From Candidatus Bathyarchaeota archaeon (lineage in GTDB: Archaea; Thermoproteota; Bathyarchaeia; Bathyarchaeales; Bathycorpusculaceae): a DNA stretch of 64,000 bases. Below are positions 1-10,242 of this stretch, in pieces. The position numbers and the translations under genes are program-made. Each line of letters opens with the position of its first letter. Position 1 is the first letter of the stretch. The DNA lies in contig CAWDYC010000003.1 in NCBI GenBank assembly GCA_963806535.1, forward strand, positions 352,001-416,000. The letters run 5' to 3'. The notes beneath the pieces are model-generated. The model was not told the DNA's origin. It was given only the letters and a program-made list of their open reading frames with translations, and did not search any database.

Positions 1-2673
1 CTCAATTCTTTTAGGAACGTTGATTGTTAAAATAATGCCTTCTGTCAATTCCGCTAGGTTTGCTTCCTGAATGCTCGGTCGCAATGGTCTTGTGTAGTCT
101 TGCAAGTCGCTAACAATTTTATCAATATAAGTAAGATTCTCATTGACAGAATCTACGCTTTCAAGAATCGCTTGTTTGCTCTCACCTTCAGGCATTGTTT
201 TGAGTTCTTCTTTTATCAGATACATATCTCCAGTTATAGCTTGAAGTGGATTGCGGATGTCATGGCCAACCATTCCTGCCGTTTGACCGATTGCTGCAAG
301 ACGCTCGGAGTTCTTAAGTTGCTGTGCTCTTTGCTCAGCCAGCTCTTCCATTTGGCTAGCATATTCTTCAAGTAAAACAGCATTTTCTTCAAGTTTAACT
401 TGAGCTTTAAAACGGGCTTCTTCAGTTTTCTTTAACTCATCAACGTCAATTGAATATACCCGTATTTTGCCCGTTTGGGAGACAAAATACATTTCTTCGC
501 GATACCAGTGTTCAGCAACCTTTACTTCCCTTTTTAAAGAAATTATTTTATTATTCTCAAAATTCTTGACGATATTTTGCCAATCACAAAAGAAAGGATG
601 CGCCTTACCTAAGAGCTCAAGATCCGGAAAGAGTATTCTTGTCGCAGGATTCGCGTAAATTATTCTACCATCAAAATCGACCTCAAAAACTGGGTTAGGA
701 TTTAACGTCGGAAATGAGGCTAAACGCTCAATTTCTCTTTCAGCATTTTTACGCTCAGTAATGTTTCTGGCAACATGCACTGAACCAGTAACCCGTTCCT
801 TATCATCTTTGATGGGAGTTGTGCTGACAATAAAGTCGCCTCCAAGACGAGGCTCATGAACTTCCGCAACATGTTCTTTGCCATCTTCCAAAGTTTTGGC
901 GTGAGGACAAAATTCTGGAGGAACCGCTGTACCGTGGACGCATTCATAGCAGCTTAATCCAATCGCTTGTTGTGGGTTAACTCCCAGTTGTTTTGCCATG
1001 GCACGGTTAGCTCGTACGATTTTGTGCTTGTTATCTAGTATTGCTATGAAGTCTGGAATGGTGTCGAAGGTGCGTTCCCAATCATTTTTTGCTTCCCGAA
1101 GCTGCTGTTCAGCTTTTTTACCTTCAGTAATGTCTCGGTCAACCGATACATAACCTATTGATTCACCATTCTCATTGCGAAGCAAAATAACATGCGCTTC
1201 TATGTCCAAACTTCTTCTGTCTTTGGTTAACCTTATTGATTCGATTTCTGAATGCCCCTCTCTCGCCAGTCTGTTTAATAGTTCCTCCCGTTTTACGGTT
1301 GGGTAAGTGGGTTTAAGCAATTCAACGCTGGCTCTACCGAAGGCTTCTTCAGCGCTATATCCGTATAATCGCTCAGCTGATTTGTTCCAAAAAGTAACTT
1401 TCTGATCAAGATCGTAGCCGATAATAGCATCGTTCGCGTTGGCTATCATGAAAGCTTGCTGAGCAATCTTCTCCTCGCTCTTTTTCTTTTCTGAAATGTC
1501 TCGAAATACAAGAACCACACCTGAGACGTTGCCATCTTTGTCCTTTATGGGGGCTCCACTGTCATCAATTGGAACTTCACTTTTGTCTTTGCGAATCAAA
1601 ACCGTATGATTAGCCAGACCGATAATGAGACCCTTTTCAAGTACTTTAACAACTGGGTTTTCCACTTTATGCCTCGTCTTTTCGTTAACAATATTAAAAA
1701 TTCTCTCGATATGTCTGCCGTTAGCTTCGACGAGGGCCCAACCAGTCAATTTTTCTGCGACACCATTCATGAATGTAATCTTGCTTTTCGTATCCGTGGC
1801 TATTACAGCATCTCCGATACTCGATAAAGTAGTGGACCAGCGATGCTCACTTACTCTAAGAGCTTCCTCTGCCTTCTTGCGGCCAGTAATATTTTCAAAT
1901 ACGGCAACAAAGTAACCTTTTTGAGGGCTATAAACTGAAATTGAAAGCCACATTTGAAGCGGCTTAAAAAACACTTCAAAACGGTCTTCAATTCCAGTTA
2001 AAGCTACTCTTCCATAAATATCAAATATTTCTGGATTAGCTTTTAATGTTCCGGGAATAGCTTCGGATACTTTTTTTCCAACAACATTTTCTTTTTTCAA
2101 GCCCGTAATTTTTTCAAAAGCATCGTTAATTTCGAGGTAAACAAAATCAGAAGGTTTGCCTTTGCTGTCAAAAATCATTTGGCAGTAAGCGAGGCCGTCA
2201 ATCATGTTGGTAAACAATCGTCTGTATTTTTCTCTACTTTCTTCTAAAGCCCCTTCAGAGGTTTTACGTTCAGTTATATCTTCGAGAAGGGTGACAAAAT
2301 AGCCTTTTTCTGGACAGTAAGCAGAAATATGAAACCATTTACCAAGCGGTTTAGTGAAATCATCAAATTGAATTGATTCACAAGTCAGCGCGACCTTTCC
2401 GTAAACGCCAATCCATTTCGCCACATCATTCTCTAAGCCTTTAAAAACTTCGGTTGCTTTTTTGCGAATGATCTTCTTTTTCTTCAGTCCCGTCATCTGT
2501 TCAAAAGCATCGTTCACTTCCAAAAAAATGTAATCAATAGGCTTACCTGCGGGGTCAACTATGATTTTGTTGTAGGAAAAGCCATCCATCATGTTTTTAA
2601 AAAACATGTTAAACTGTTTTTGATCTGTACCAATGGCTTTACACCATGCTTTTGCCAAAACGTCGCCAGACAA
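1..2673 (-). CDS. Multi-PAS sensor histidine kinase (C-terminus runs off the window)
   Basis: Absent from the ORF track because it has no stop in the window. Manual minus-strand translation gives PAS repeats (MDGFSYNKIIVDPAGKPIDYIFLEVNDAFEQMTGL) and an H-box (SERLAAIGQTAGMVGHDIRNPLQ, ~240-310). Start is TTG 2673 or ATG 2607. Confidence 0.85.
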   Translation of the reverse strand, partial: MSGDVLAKAWCKAIGTDQKQFNMFFKNMMDGFSYNKIIVDPAGKPIDYIFLEVNDAFEQMTGLKKKKIIRKKATEVFKGLENDVAKWIGVYGKVALTCESIQFDDFTKPLGKWFHISAYCPEKGYFVTLLEDITERKTSEGALEESREKYRRLFTNMIDGLAYCQMIFDSKGKPSDFVYLEINDAFEKITGLKKENVVGKKVSEAIPGTLKANPEIFDIYGRVALTGIEDRFEVFFKPLQMWLSISVYSPQKGYFVAVFENITGRKKAEEALRVSEHRWSTTLSSIGDAVIATDTKSKITFMNGVAEKLTGWALVEANGRHIERIFNIVNEKTRHKVENPVVKVLEKGLIIGLANHTVLIRKDKSEVPIDDSGAPIKDKDGNVSGVVLVFRDISEKKKSEEKIAQQAFMIANANDAIIGYDLDQKVTFWNKSAERLYGYSAEEAFGRASVELLKPTYPTVKREELLNRLAREGHSEIESIRLTKDRRSLDIEAHVILLRNENGESIGYVSVDRDITEGKKAEQQLREAKNDWERTFDTIPDFIAILDNKHKIVRANRAMAKQLGVNPQQAIGLSCYECVHGTAVPPEFCPHAKTLEDGKEHVAEVHEPRLGGDFIVSTTPIKDDKERVTGSVHVARNITERKNAEREIERLASFPTLNPNPVFEVDFDGRIIYANPATRILFPDLELLGKAHPFFCDWQNIVKNFENNKIISLKREVKVAEHWYREEMYFVSQTGKIRVYSIDVDELKKTEEARFKAQVKLEENAVLLEEYASQMEELAEQRAQQLKNSERLAAIGQTAGMVGHDIRNPLQAITGDMYLIKEELKTMPEGESKQAILESVDSVNENLTYIDKIVSDLQDYTRPLRPSIQEANLAELTEGIILTINVPKRIE

Positions 2674-2821
2674 ATTTTCATCACGTTTATAATAGAAATT
2701 TCTTCTTCAAGCGGATATAAAAATACTTCATCAATAGGACTTTAAATTTAAAGTTAAGAAAATATGTTTAGATAATTCTTAAATCGTTAAACTGCATCAC
2801 AGACAAGGTAGGTGTAAAAAA

Positions 2822-3751
2822 ATGGCACAACCACCAAGTTTCAAAACAGTTTTCGTTTTCTTAGACACAGACAAATATTGCAGTCCATTTGACATGCTAG
2901 TAGCAATAGATGCTTTCCCAGATTCAACGATATTCAAGTATGAAAATGTCACCAGTGAAGATGCCCCAAAAATTGTCTATGACATGCTTTTTCCTAGAGG
3001 ACCCGAAGGAGCCAAACATACCAAAGTCTTCATCAACGGCAGCAACTTTGAAATGGTCGAAAAAGTTGTAGAAGCAACACAGAAAGCCATGAAGTCAGCC
3101 CCATGGGGAAACAGCATAATTGTTGACCCACGAGGAGGATACTCAACCGCCGCAGCAGCTGTAGCAAAAACCTTCGGAGCAGCGATGGAGAAAGGTTTCG
3201 GCACACTAGAAGGCAAAAAAGTCACCGTTTTGGCAGGCACTGGCCCAGTTGGACAAACCGCCGCAAGAATCTACGCAGCAGAAAAAGCAATTGTAACTAT
3301 CACCAGCCGCTCAACGGCTAAAGGACAAGCTGTCGCTGACAAGATAAATCAGGAAGTCGGCGCTCAAAGAGTCAAAGTCGTTGAAGTCACAAAACCAGAA
3401 CAAACAGCCGATGCAGTTAAAGATGCAGAAATTGTGCTTTCAGCTGGTGCAGGCGGAATACAACTGTTGTCAAAGGCGCAAATTGGTGCTTCCTGCAAAA
3501 TTGTCGCAGACATCAACGCAATTAGGCCACTTGGCGTTGAAGGGTTGGGATCAAATGACGATGGCACAGAAATCACTCCAGGTGTTTACGGAATCGGTGC
3601 ATTGGCAATCGGCAAACTTAAAATTAAGACTGAAACTGAAATGATTAAACGTGCAACCGCTGAGCCGCAGGGACTATTTGACTTCTCAATTGCATACATA
3701 ATCGCTAAAGATGCGATATTAAAGAAACTCGCTAAGGCAGCTGCCAAATAG
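2822..3751 (+). CDS. NAD(P)-dependent methylene-tetrahydromethanopterin/tetrahydrofolate dehydrogenase, MtdA/MtdB family
   Basis: N-terminal SPFD, RGP and DPRGGYSTAAAAV motifs plus Rossmann motif VLAGTGPVG resemble Methylobacterium MtdA/MtdB. Confidence 0.75.
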   Translation: MAQPPSFKTVFVFLDTDKYCSPFDMLVAIDAFPDSTIFKYENVTSEDAPKIVYDMLFPRGPEGAKHTKVFINGSNFEMVEKVVEATQKAMKSAPWGNSIIVDPRGGYSTAAAAVAKTFGAAMEKGFGTLEGKKVTVLAGTGPVGQTAARIYAAEKAIVTITSRSTAKGQAVADKINQEVGAQRVKVVEVTKPEQTADAVKDAEIVLSAGAGGIQLLSKAQIGASCKIVADINAIRPLGVEGLGSNDDGTEITPGVYGIGALAIGKLKIKTETEMIKRATAEPQGLFDFSIAYIIAKDAILKKLAKAAAK

Positions 3752-3899
3752 ACAGCTCAACCTAACTTTTCTTTTTTGCCAGATTTCTAAAATAGCCTAA
3801 CTCAATCTAACCTCAGACAAGAAAATCAGCACAAAACAGCGTTACCCTGCAACGACATATAGCACAAAGCTAATCCTTGTCCGTTAAACCTAAAAAAGT

Positions 3900-4440
3900 G
3901 AAGTACTCGCCTCTTCCGAGGCGAGCATCCACATCTAATTTTTGTTGATATATTCTTCTATTTTCGCACTAGTAACAACGCCTGCAGTCCTTACAGCATA
4001 ACCCTCAGACCACAAATGCCCACCCCAAAGCTGCAACCTAATTTCAGGAAACTCCTCAAACAGCAGTTTAGAAGAATTACACTTCAAAACACGCACCATC
4101 TCAGGTATACAAAGCTTTGGACGAGCAGAAACAAACACATGAATATGATCGCCATGATGAACTTTAGCAGCTAGCAGTTGAAAGCCGTGATTAGTAGCAA
4201 TCGTTTTAAGTACTTCCTCCAATCTAACCTCAACTGAGCCCAAAAGTACCTTGCGCCGGTATTTAGTGGCCCAGATAAGGTGGTAGTTGGCTTGGTAGGC
4301 ACATGATCTTGCTTTCTCCAGGTCTCTCACCTCCTTATCTAATGGTGACAGACCTATCGTTTGGTAGAACTAATAGAATACTGCGGGTTAGACGCATTCA
4401 TCCTGCCGCTAACGCGGCAGGTATTCTGCTAGGTTTTTTA
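3900..4440 (-). mobile_element. IS200/IS605-family insertion sequence (tnpA only)
   Basis: tnpA is flanked by perfect subterminal hairpins CTCGCCTC-ttcc-GAGGCGAG (3906-3925) and CCTGCCGC-taac-GCGGCAGG (4402-4421). Exact ends are approximate. Confidence 0.8.
3935..4330 (-). CDS. tnpA: IS200/IS605 Y1 HUH transposase TnpA
   Basis: YHLIWATKYRR, HUH motif DHIH, LWSEGY and C-terminal catalytic Tyr (IEEYI). Confidence 0.95.
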   Translation of the reverse strand: MRDLEKARSCAYQANYHLIWATKYRRKVLLGSVEVRLEEVLKTIATNHGFQLLAAKVHHGDHIHVFVSARPKLCIPEMVRVLKCNSSKLLFEEFPEIRLQLWGGHLWSEGYAVRTAGVVTSAKIEEYINKN

Positions 4441-4451
4441 TAAAAAAATTA

Positions 4452-4847
4452 TTATTTATACCATCTTTTCTTCTTACTCTGTTTTTCAGCCGCATCATTT
4501 GCCTCTGCTATAATAACAACATCTTTAAAAGTTGTTGGTTTGTTTGTTGCTTTAAGCACCATTTTTCCTCTCCAGCCGCATTCGCCGCATTCAAACGTTG
4601 GTGGGGTAAAACCTATGTGAGCTGACGTGTCTCCACCCATGTTGCCAACTTGACGAACAAAGGGGCTCTTGCATTTAGGACAAACTTGAATGTCTACATA
4701 TTTTTTCTCTTTTTCTAGCTCTTCCAGCCTTTCAACCAACTCTGGCAAAACTTCGCTTTGAACTTCTTCACTTTCTAAAAGAAGCGTTCGCTGCTTTTTC
4801 TTTTTCTTCTTTTTTTGTTCTTGCGACATCTGAAAGACACTAGACAA
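4452..4847 (-). CDS. Small zinc-ribbon hypothetical protein
   Basis: CPKC...CGEC pairs and a poly-Lys N-terminus. Confidence 0.6.
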   Translation of the reverse strand: MSSVFQMSQEQKKKKKKKQRTLLLESEEVQSEVLPELVERLEELEKEKKYVDIQVCPKCKSPFVRQVGNMGGDTSAHIGFTPPTFECGECGWRGKMVLKATNKPTTFKDVVIIAEANDAAEKQSKKKRWYK

Positions 4848-4998
4848 ACAATTTGCTTCTATCGAATTAAAACTTTGGGAAAAAATCTATATTGTTTACT
4901 GAGAATGAAAAAAATGATGACTTATCCGACTTAACGCACATGCACGCCTTTAATCAATTATTTTTGATCAAAAAAATAAGATTCGTTTTAGAAAAAGA

Positions 4999-6160
4999 TT
5001 AGATTGCGCCGGCGATTCTGTCGCAGGCTTCAATTATTCGTTCTTTCGGCTGAGTAAACGTTATTCTTGCATAACCTTCGCCGAAATTTCCAAATCCAAT
5101 TCCCGGAGTCACTGCCACGCCAACATCTAGTAGTTTGGTTGTGAATTTCATTGAGCCGCCTTTGCAGTTAACCCAGACATAAAATGTTGCTTTGGGTTTG
5201 TCGCATTTGTAGCCGATTTTGCAAAGGGTTTCAACGAGAAGATCGCGGCGTTCTTGGAGGATTTGGTTGTTCTTCTTAAGGAATTCTGGCGGCTCACCGC
5301 TTGTGTAGGCAGCCAATGCTTTAACGGTTACTTTCTGTATATAAACAGGTGGTCCGGAGTCAATTTGTGACTTAATTTTAGTTAAGCCATTGACAAGTTG
5401 TTTGTTACCTACAGCAAAGCCGATTCGGTCACCCGTCATATTGAAGGTTTTTGAAAGCGAATTGAACTCAACAGCTACGTCCATTGCGCCATCAACCTCC
5501 AAAATGCTTGGCGCTCGATAGCCGTCGTAGGTGATTTCAGAGTATGCGTTGTCATAGCAAAGAATGATTTTGTTATCTTTGGCGAAGTCAACCGCTTCTT
5601 TGAGAAACGCCTTGTCGACAGTTGCCGCCGTTGGATTATTGGGGTAATTCAGAAACATCATTTTGACGCCTTTCGGACTTACAACTTCAAAATCGGGTTT
5701 GAATTCGTTTTCTTCTAAGAAGAGGCATTGGGTCTGCTATACCATCGCTGAGGATTGTGCTACCGTTAGCGTAAACTGGGTATGCAGGGTCTGGTATGAG
5801 TACCCGGTCTCCTGGGTTTATGAAAGCTCGGGCGATGTTTGCTAAGCCTTCTTTGGAGCCAAGAAGTGCAACCACTTGGTCATGCTCCAAATCAACATTG
5901 AAGCGGTTCTTGTACCAGCATGCAACTGCTTCGCGGAAGTCTGGTTCGCCTTGACTGAAAGAGTAATTATGATTCTTTATGCTAGATACCTCTTCTTTGA
6001 GCGCGTCCAATACAAATTGAGGCGGCGGAAGGTCGGGATCACCGATGCTAAGTGAAATCAAATCGATGCCTTGCGCCTTCTTTTCTTTAATGATCTTCTC
6101 AATCTCAGCGAATAAGTATGGCGGTAACCGTTTTATTCTTTCAGCATATTCAAAAGTCAA
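4999..6160 (-). pseudogene. dapL: LL-diaminopimelate aminotransferase DapL split by one frameshift (real lesion or assembly indel)
   Basis: ORFs 5687-6160 (LPPYLFAEI, SIGDPD, GSKEG) and 4999-5661 (NYPNNPT, DNAY, SLSKTFNMTGDRIG) join as MPLLEENEFKPDF if one A at 5717/5718 is removed. Confidence 0.85.
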
Positions 6161-6162
6161 AT

Positions 6163-6996
6163 CTATTCCCCTCCAAATAATGTTCCTTCAAAAATTTTTT
6201 CGGCAGCTCCGCGTAAAAACAAACTGTCAGCCACTTCAACCTGCAATTCGCCCCCGAACACATGAACCGTAACTTTGTTTCCAACCTTTCCAAGCTTGTT
6301 TGCGGTAGCCACCGCAGCGCAGGTTCCTGTACCACAAGCTAAAGTTTCTCCGCAACCTCGCTCCCAAACACGAACCTTCAACTCATTTTGATTCAGGAGC
6401 TGAACAAAACCAACATTGGTTCTTTTCGGAAAAGCTTTATGATTCTCGATTTTTGGGCCTATCTGCTCCACAGGAAAATTGTCTACATCATCAACAAATA
6501 GTACGCAGTGTGGGTTACCCATTGAAAGACAAGTAACTTTGAAGGTTTCATTGTTAACGCTCAAGTTTTCGTTAATACATATTCCTTTGCCAACCATGGG
6601 AAGGGAACTTCTTTCCCAGTTTGGGGAGCCCATATCTACTTTGACAGCCGTGACTTCTTTACCGTTTAAGGCTAACCAAACATGTTTTAAGCCCGACATT
6701 GTCTCAACAGTGAAGTCTTGCTTGGAAACGATGCAGTTTTCGTAGCAGTACTTGGCAAAGCAGCGTATTCCGTTTCCGCACATTTCAGCTTCGCTACCGT
6801 CGGCATTGAAAATCCTCATTTTAGCCTTAGCAATTTTTGAGTTAGAAACTAGTAATAGTCCGTCTGCACCAATTGAAAAACGGCGTTCACAAAGCCTCTT
6901 AGCCAAATCTGAAGCCTGCTTACCACTAATTTTTTCGTCTCTGTTGTCGATTAATATGTAGTCGTTGCCTAAACCATGCATTTTCCAGAAGCGCAT
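6163..6996 (-). CDS. dapF: Diaminopimelate epimerase
   Basis: KMHGLGND, EMCGNG, GNPH, ERGCGETLACGTG. Confidence 0.97.
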   Translation of the reverse strand: MRFWKMHGLGNDYILIDNRDEKISGKQASDLAKRLCERRFSIGADGLLLVSNSKIAKAKMRIFNADGSEAEMCGNGIRCFAKYCYENCIVSKQDFTVETMSGLKHVWLALNGKEVTAVKVDMGSPNWERSSLPMVGKGICINENLSVNNETFKVTCLSMGNPHCVLFVDDVDNFPVEQIGPKIENHKAFPKRTNVGFVQLLNQNELKVRVWERGCGETLACGTGTCAAVATANKLGKVGNKVTVHVFGGELQVEVADSLFLRGAAEKIFEGTLFGGE

Positions 6997-7000
6997 AAGG

Positions 7001-8287
7001 TCACTCTGCCATTTTTTGATTTGCTGTTAAGTTATCAAGTTGTTCCCGCTCTCGAATCATAAATGATTTGCCTTGCCTAATCAGGACTTCTGCGGCTCTG
7101 GGTCTTGCATTATACTGTGAACTCATGCTGAAACCGTATGCTCCCGCGTTCAAAACTGCCAGCAAATCGCCTTCCTCAATCACAGGCAACTCTCGGTCTT
7201 TGGCTAGGGCGTCTCCTGACTCGCAGATTGGACCCACAACATCGTAAGTTTCCTTGCCTGCCGCTCCAAGCTTATTTGCAACTAAGACTGGATGATAGGA
7301 ACCATACATTGTTGGTCTAACCAAAGTGTTGAAGCCTGCATCCACACCCACGAAATTTTTTGAAGGCGTCACTTTGACAGTGTTAACCGTTGTCAACAGA
7401 ATGCTTGCATCAGAAACAAGGTATCTTCCTGGTTCAATATACAAAAACGGTTTGCCAAGACCATATTCAGCAACCTTAGCCTTAAATGGCCCCACCACTT
7501 TGGAAGCAAACTCTGACAAATCAAATTCTTTATCCTCTGGATTGTAAGGAACCCCAAACCCTCCGCCGATATCGATGAATTCGAAATCTATGCCTACTTC
7601 ATCATGAACACGCTTGGCAATATTGAGAAGTTTCTCCACGGCCAACACGTAGGGCTCTACTTCAAGTATCCCAGAGCCAATGTGCATGTGAATACCGAAG
7701 CGTTCCACTCTTGCCCTCTTAGCAATCGCGTAAGCTTGAATTGTTTCTTCTTCCCAAAGACCAAATTTTGAGTCGGGACCAGCTGTAATGCAGTAGCTGT
7801 GGTGGCCTGCTCCGATTTCGGGGTTAACACGCACTGACAGAACAAGTGGTACAGTAATTTTTAAGAGGCGATCTAACTCCGACTGTGAATCCACGTTAAC
7901 GGTAATGTTTGCATCTGCAAGAAATTTTAATTCATCGTTTCTAACGCTGGTACCAGTGAATAATAGGCGGTCGGGAGTGTATCCGCTGATTAAGCCCATG
8001 TATACTTCTCCTGGGCTGACGGTGTCTAAGTATGCCCCTTGCGATTGTAAAATCTTTAGCACTGTGAGGTTAGAGTTGGCTTTTGCAGCGTAATATATTC
8101 TCAAATATTTGTAATTGCGGATTAAAGCATCCTGAATCCGATTATAATTATCTCTAATGCGTTTCTCGCTTATCACGTACAATGGCGTATCGTACTTTTG
8201 AGCTAATTCCTTAACTGAACAGCCATCAAAAAACAAGCAGCCTTTTCGGTCCTCTAAAGGGTCACGAAGCTTTCTAGATTTAACCAC
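7001..8287 (-). CDS. lysA: Diaminopimelate decarboxylase
   Basis: YAAKAN, HMHIGS, DIGGG, EPGRY, GPICESGD, GAYG. Confidence 0.97.
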   Translation of the reverse strand: MVKSRKLRDPLEDRKGCLFFDGCSVKELAQKYDTPLYVISEKRIRDNYNRIQDALIRNYKYLRIYYAAKANSNLTVLKILQSQGAYLDTVSPGEVYMGLISGYTPDRLLFTGTSVRNDELKFLADANITVNVDSQSELDRLLKITVPLVLSVRVNPEIGAGHHSYCITAGPDSKFGLWEEETIQAYAIAKRARVERFGIHMHIGSGILEVEPYVLAVEKLLNIAKRVHDEVGIDFEFIDIGGGFGVPYNPEDKEFDLSEFASKVVGPFKAKVAEYGLGKPFLYIEPGRYLVSDASILLTTVNTVKVTPSKNFVGVDAGFNTLVRPTMYGSYHPVLVANKLGAAGKETYDVVGPICESGDALAKDRELPVIEEGDLLAVLNAGAYGFSMSSQYNARPRAAEVLIRQGKSFMIREREQLDNLTANQKMAE

Positions 8288-8321
8288 TTTTTACACCCGC
8301 ATTACTGCAATTATAAACGTT

Positions 8322-9380
8322 TCAAGCTAGACCTTTAGCTACAAAGAGCTCAGCGCTTAAAACGCCTGCGCCTGCACCGCCACGAATAGTATTGTGCCCA
8401 AGACACATGTATTTGAAAGTCATTATCGGATCCTTACGTATTCTGCCGACCACAACACTCATGCCACAACCGGTATCGCGATCAAATCGAGGTTGAGGCC
8501 TATTCTCCTCATGTCGAACTACAATCGGGTGAGCTGGGGCAGAAGGCAACTTGAGTTTTTGCGGTTCGCCGCGGAAGTTGGCAAATGCATTTTCTATTTC
8601 CTTTAACGATGGGTCTTCAGTTAGTTTTATGAAAACTGATTCCAAATGTCCGTCTTTAACATGAACTCTGTTGCAGCTTGCACTGAGCTTGAAATCAGCA
8701 TTCTGCACAATTTTGCCATTGAAACTGCCAAGTATTTTTAGTGCTTCAGCTTCCATTTTCTCTTCTTCCCCGGAGATGAAAGGAACAACATTATCAATTA
8801 TATCAAGCGAAGCAACACCGGGATATCCGGCTCCACTAAGCGCCTGCATTGTCGAAACAATAATTTCCTTTAAACCGAATTGCATCAAAGGCTTAAGAGA
8901 AATTGCAAGCTGAATGGTGCTGCAATTTGGATCTGTAGTAATGAAGCCTTTCCAACCGCGAAGTTTCTGCTGAACCTTTATCAACTCAGCATGATCCGCG
9001 TTTATTTCAGGAATAATTAATGGAACATCTTTTTCCATTCGATGAGCACTTGCTTTACTAAAGACTGGAAAAAGCGCTGCAAATTCAGATTCAACTGGAC
9101 CTGCCAAATCACCTGGCAACGAAGAAAAAACTAAATCAACGTCGCCTGCCTTCTCAACTGACTCAACATCAGCGTTTGCCACGGGCATTTCAGCAATTTC
9201 TTTAGGCAAATTTGACTCCATTACCCAGTTGCAAGCGTCTCTATATTTTTTTCCTGCTGACCGCTCTGAAGCAGCAAGCACCTCAATTTGGAACCATGGA
9301 TGCCCCTGCAAGAGTTGAATGTACCGTTGTCCAACGGCGCCAGTTGCTCCTAATATTGCAACTTTGCGTTTCATCGTCAT
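8322..9380 (-). CDS. asd: Aspartate-semialdehyde dehydrogenase (archaeal/peptidoglycan-lacking type)
   Basis: [30 protein letters not shown]. Confidence 0.96.
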   Translation of the reverse strand: MTMKRKVAILGATGAVGQRYIQLLQGHPWFQIEVLAASERSAGKKYRDACNWVMESNLPKEIAEMPVANADVESVEKAGDVDLVFSSLPGDLAGPVESEFAALFPVFSKASAHRMEKDVPLIIPEINADHAELIKVQQKLRGWKGFITTDPNCSTIQLAISLKPLMQFGLKEIIVSTMQALSGAGYPGVASLDIIDNVVPFISGEEEKMEAEALKILGSFNGKIVQNADFKLSASCNRVHVKDGHLESVFIKLTEDPSLKEIENAFANFRGEPQKLKLPSAPAHPIVVRHEENRPQPRFDRDTGCGMSVVVGRIRKDPIMTFKYMCLGHNTIRGGAGAGVLSAELFVAKGLA

Positions 9381-9447
9381 GTTTTGTTTCTTCCTGCTCT
9401 TTTGACTTAGTTATCGCCGATAAAAAAGTTAATGGTTGATTTACGCT

Positions 9448-10242
9448 TTAAGATAACCCTAAAACATCCGCCATGCTGAATATTTTAGGCTCATTTTGTT
9501 TACTTAACCATTCAGCCGCGAAAACTGCACCTTGCGCAAACACGTTACGTGAGAATGCAGTGTGCTCTATTCGCAGCATCTCATATTGTCCCGCAACGAT
9601 TAAATCATGTACTCCGGGTACGCCACCAACGCGCAATGCCGTGATTTCAAGTTCTCCAGCTTGACGGGGACTTATACCTTCTCTTCCAGAAACAACTTTA
9701 CTGTACCCACGAGCGTTAGCTACAATTTCGCCTAGTTTCTTTGCGGTGCCACTTGGCGCGTCCTTTTTGCCTGTGTGATGAATTTCGTTTATGCTGAAGT
9801 CAAATCCTGAAGGAAAAGCTTTCAAAGATTCAGCTAGCTTAAACATTATGTTAACACCTACTGAGTAGTTTGGCGAGAACACAGCCGGAACTTTGCCCAT
9901 CATTGCAGCCACAACTTGATGGTTTTGCTCTGGTGTGAATCCAGTTGTGCCTAAAATTATTCGTTTTCCAAGGTTAGCAACTATTGGTATGTTAATTAAT
10001 TCAGCAGCAGGCACTGTGAAGCTAATGAAGGTGTCTGCATCGTGGAGGACTTCATCTAGTCGGTTCGAACTTAAGATTTGCGTTTCAGAATTGGTTATGC
10101 CGAGTTCGCGCAGAGTTTTGCCTATGTTAGGATTGTTTGGAGCTTCTAATGCACCAACGATTTGATGCCTTTTCGCTGTTGCTTCAGCTATGATTGCGTT
10201 ACCCATTCTGCCTGTAGCGCCTGCAACACACAACTTAAGCAT
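9448..10242 (-). CDS. dapB: 4-hydroxy-tetrahydrodipicolinate reductase
   Basis: GATGRMG, GTTG, EIHHTGKKDAPSGTA. Start placed at MLKLCV. Confidence 0.96.
   Translation of the reverse strand: MLKLCVAGATGRMGNAIIAEATAKRHQIVGALEAPNNPNIGKTLRELGITNSETQILSSNRLDEVLHDADTFISFTVPAAELINIPIVANLGKRIILGTTGFTPEQNHQVVAAMMGKVPAVFSPNYSVGVNIMFKLAESLKAFPSGFDFSINEIHHTGKKDAPSGTAKKLGEIVANARGYSKVVSGREGISPRQAGELEITALRVGGVPGVHDLIVAGQYEMLRIEHTAFSRNVFAQGAVFAAEWLSKQNEPKIFSMADVLGLS

Noticed and set aside
100-1915. Short ORFs at the window start
   Set aside because: Antisense or alternate-frame shadows of the histidine kinase.
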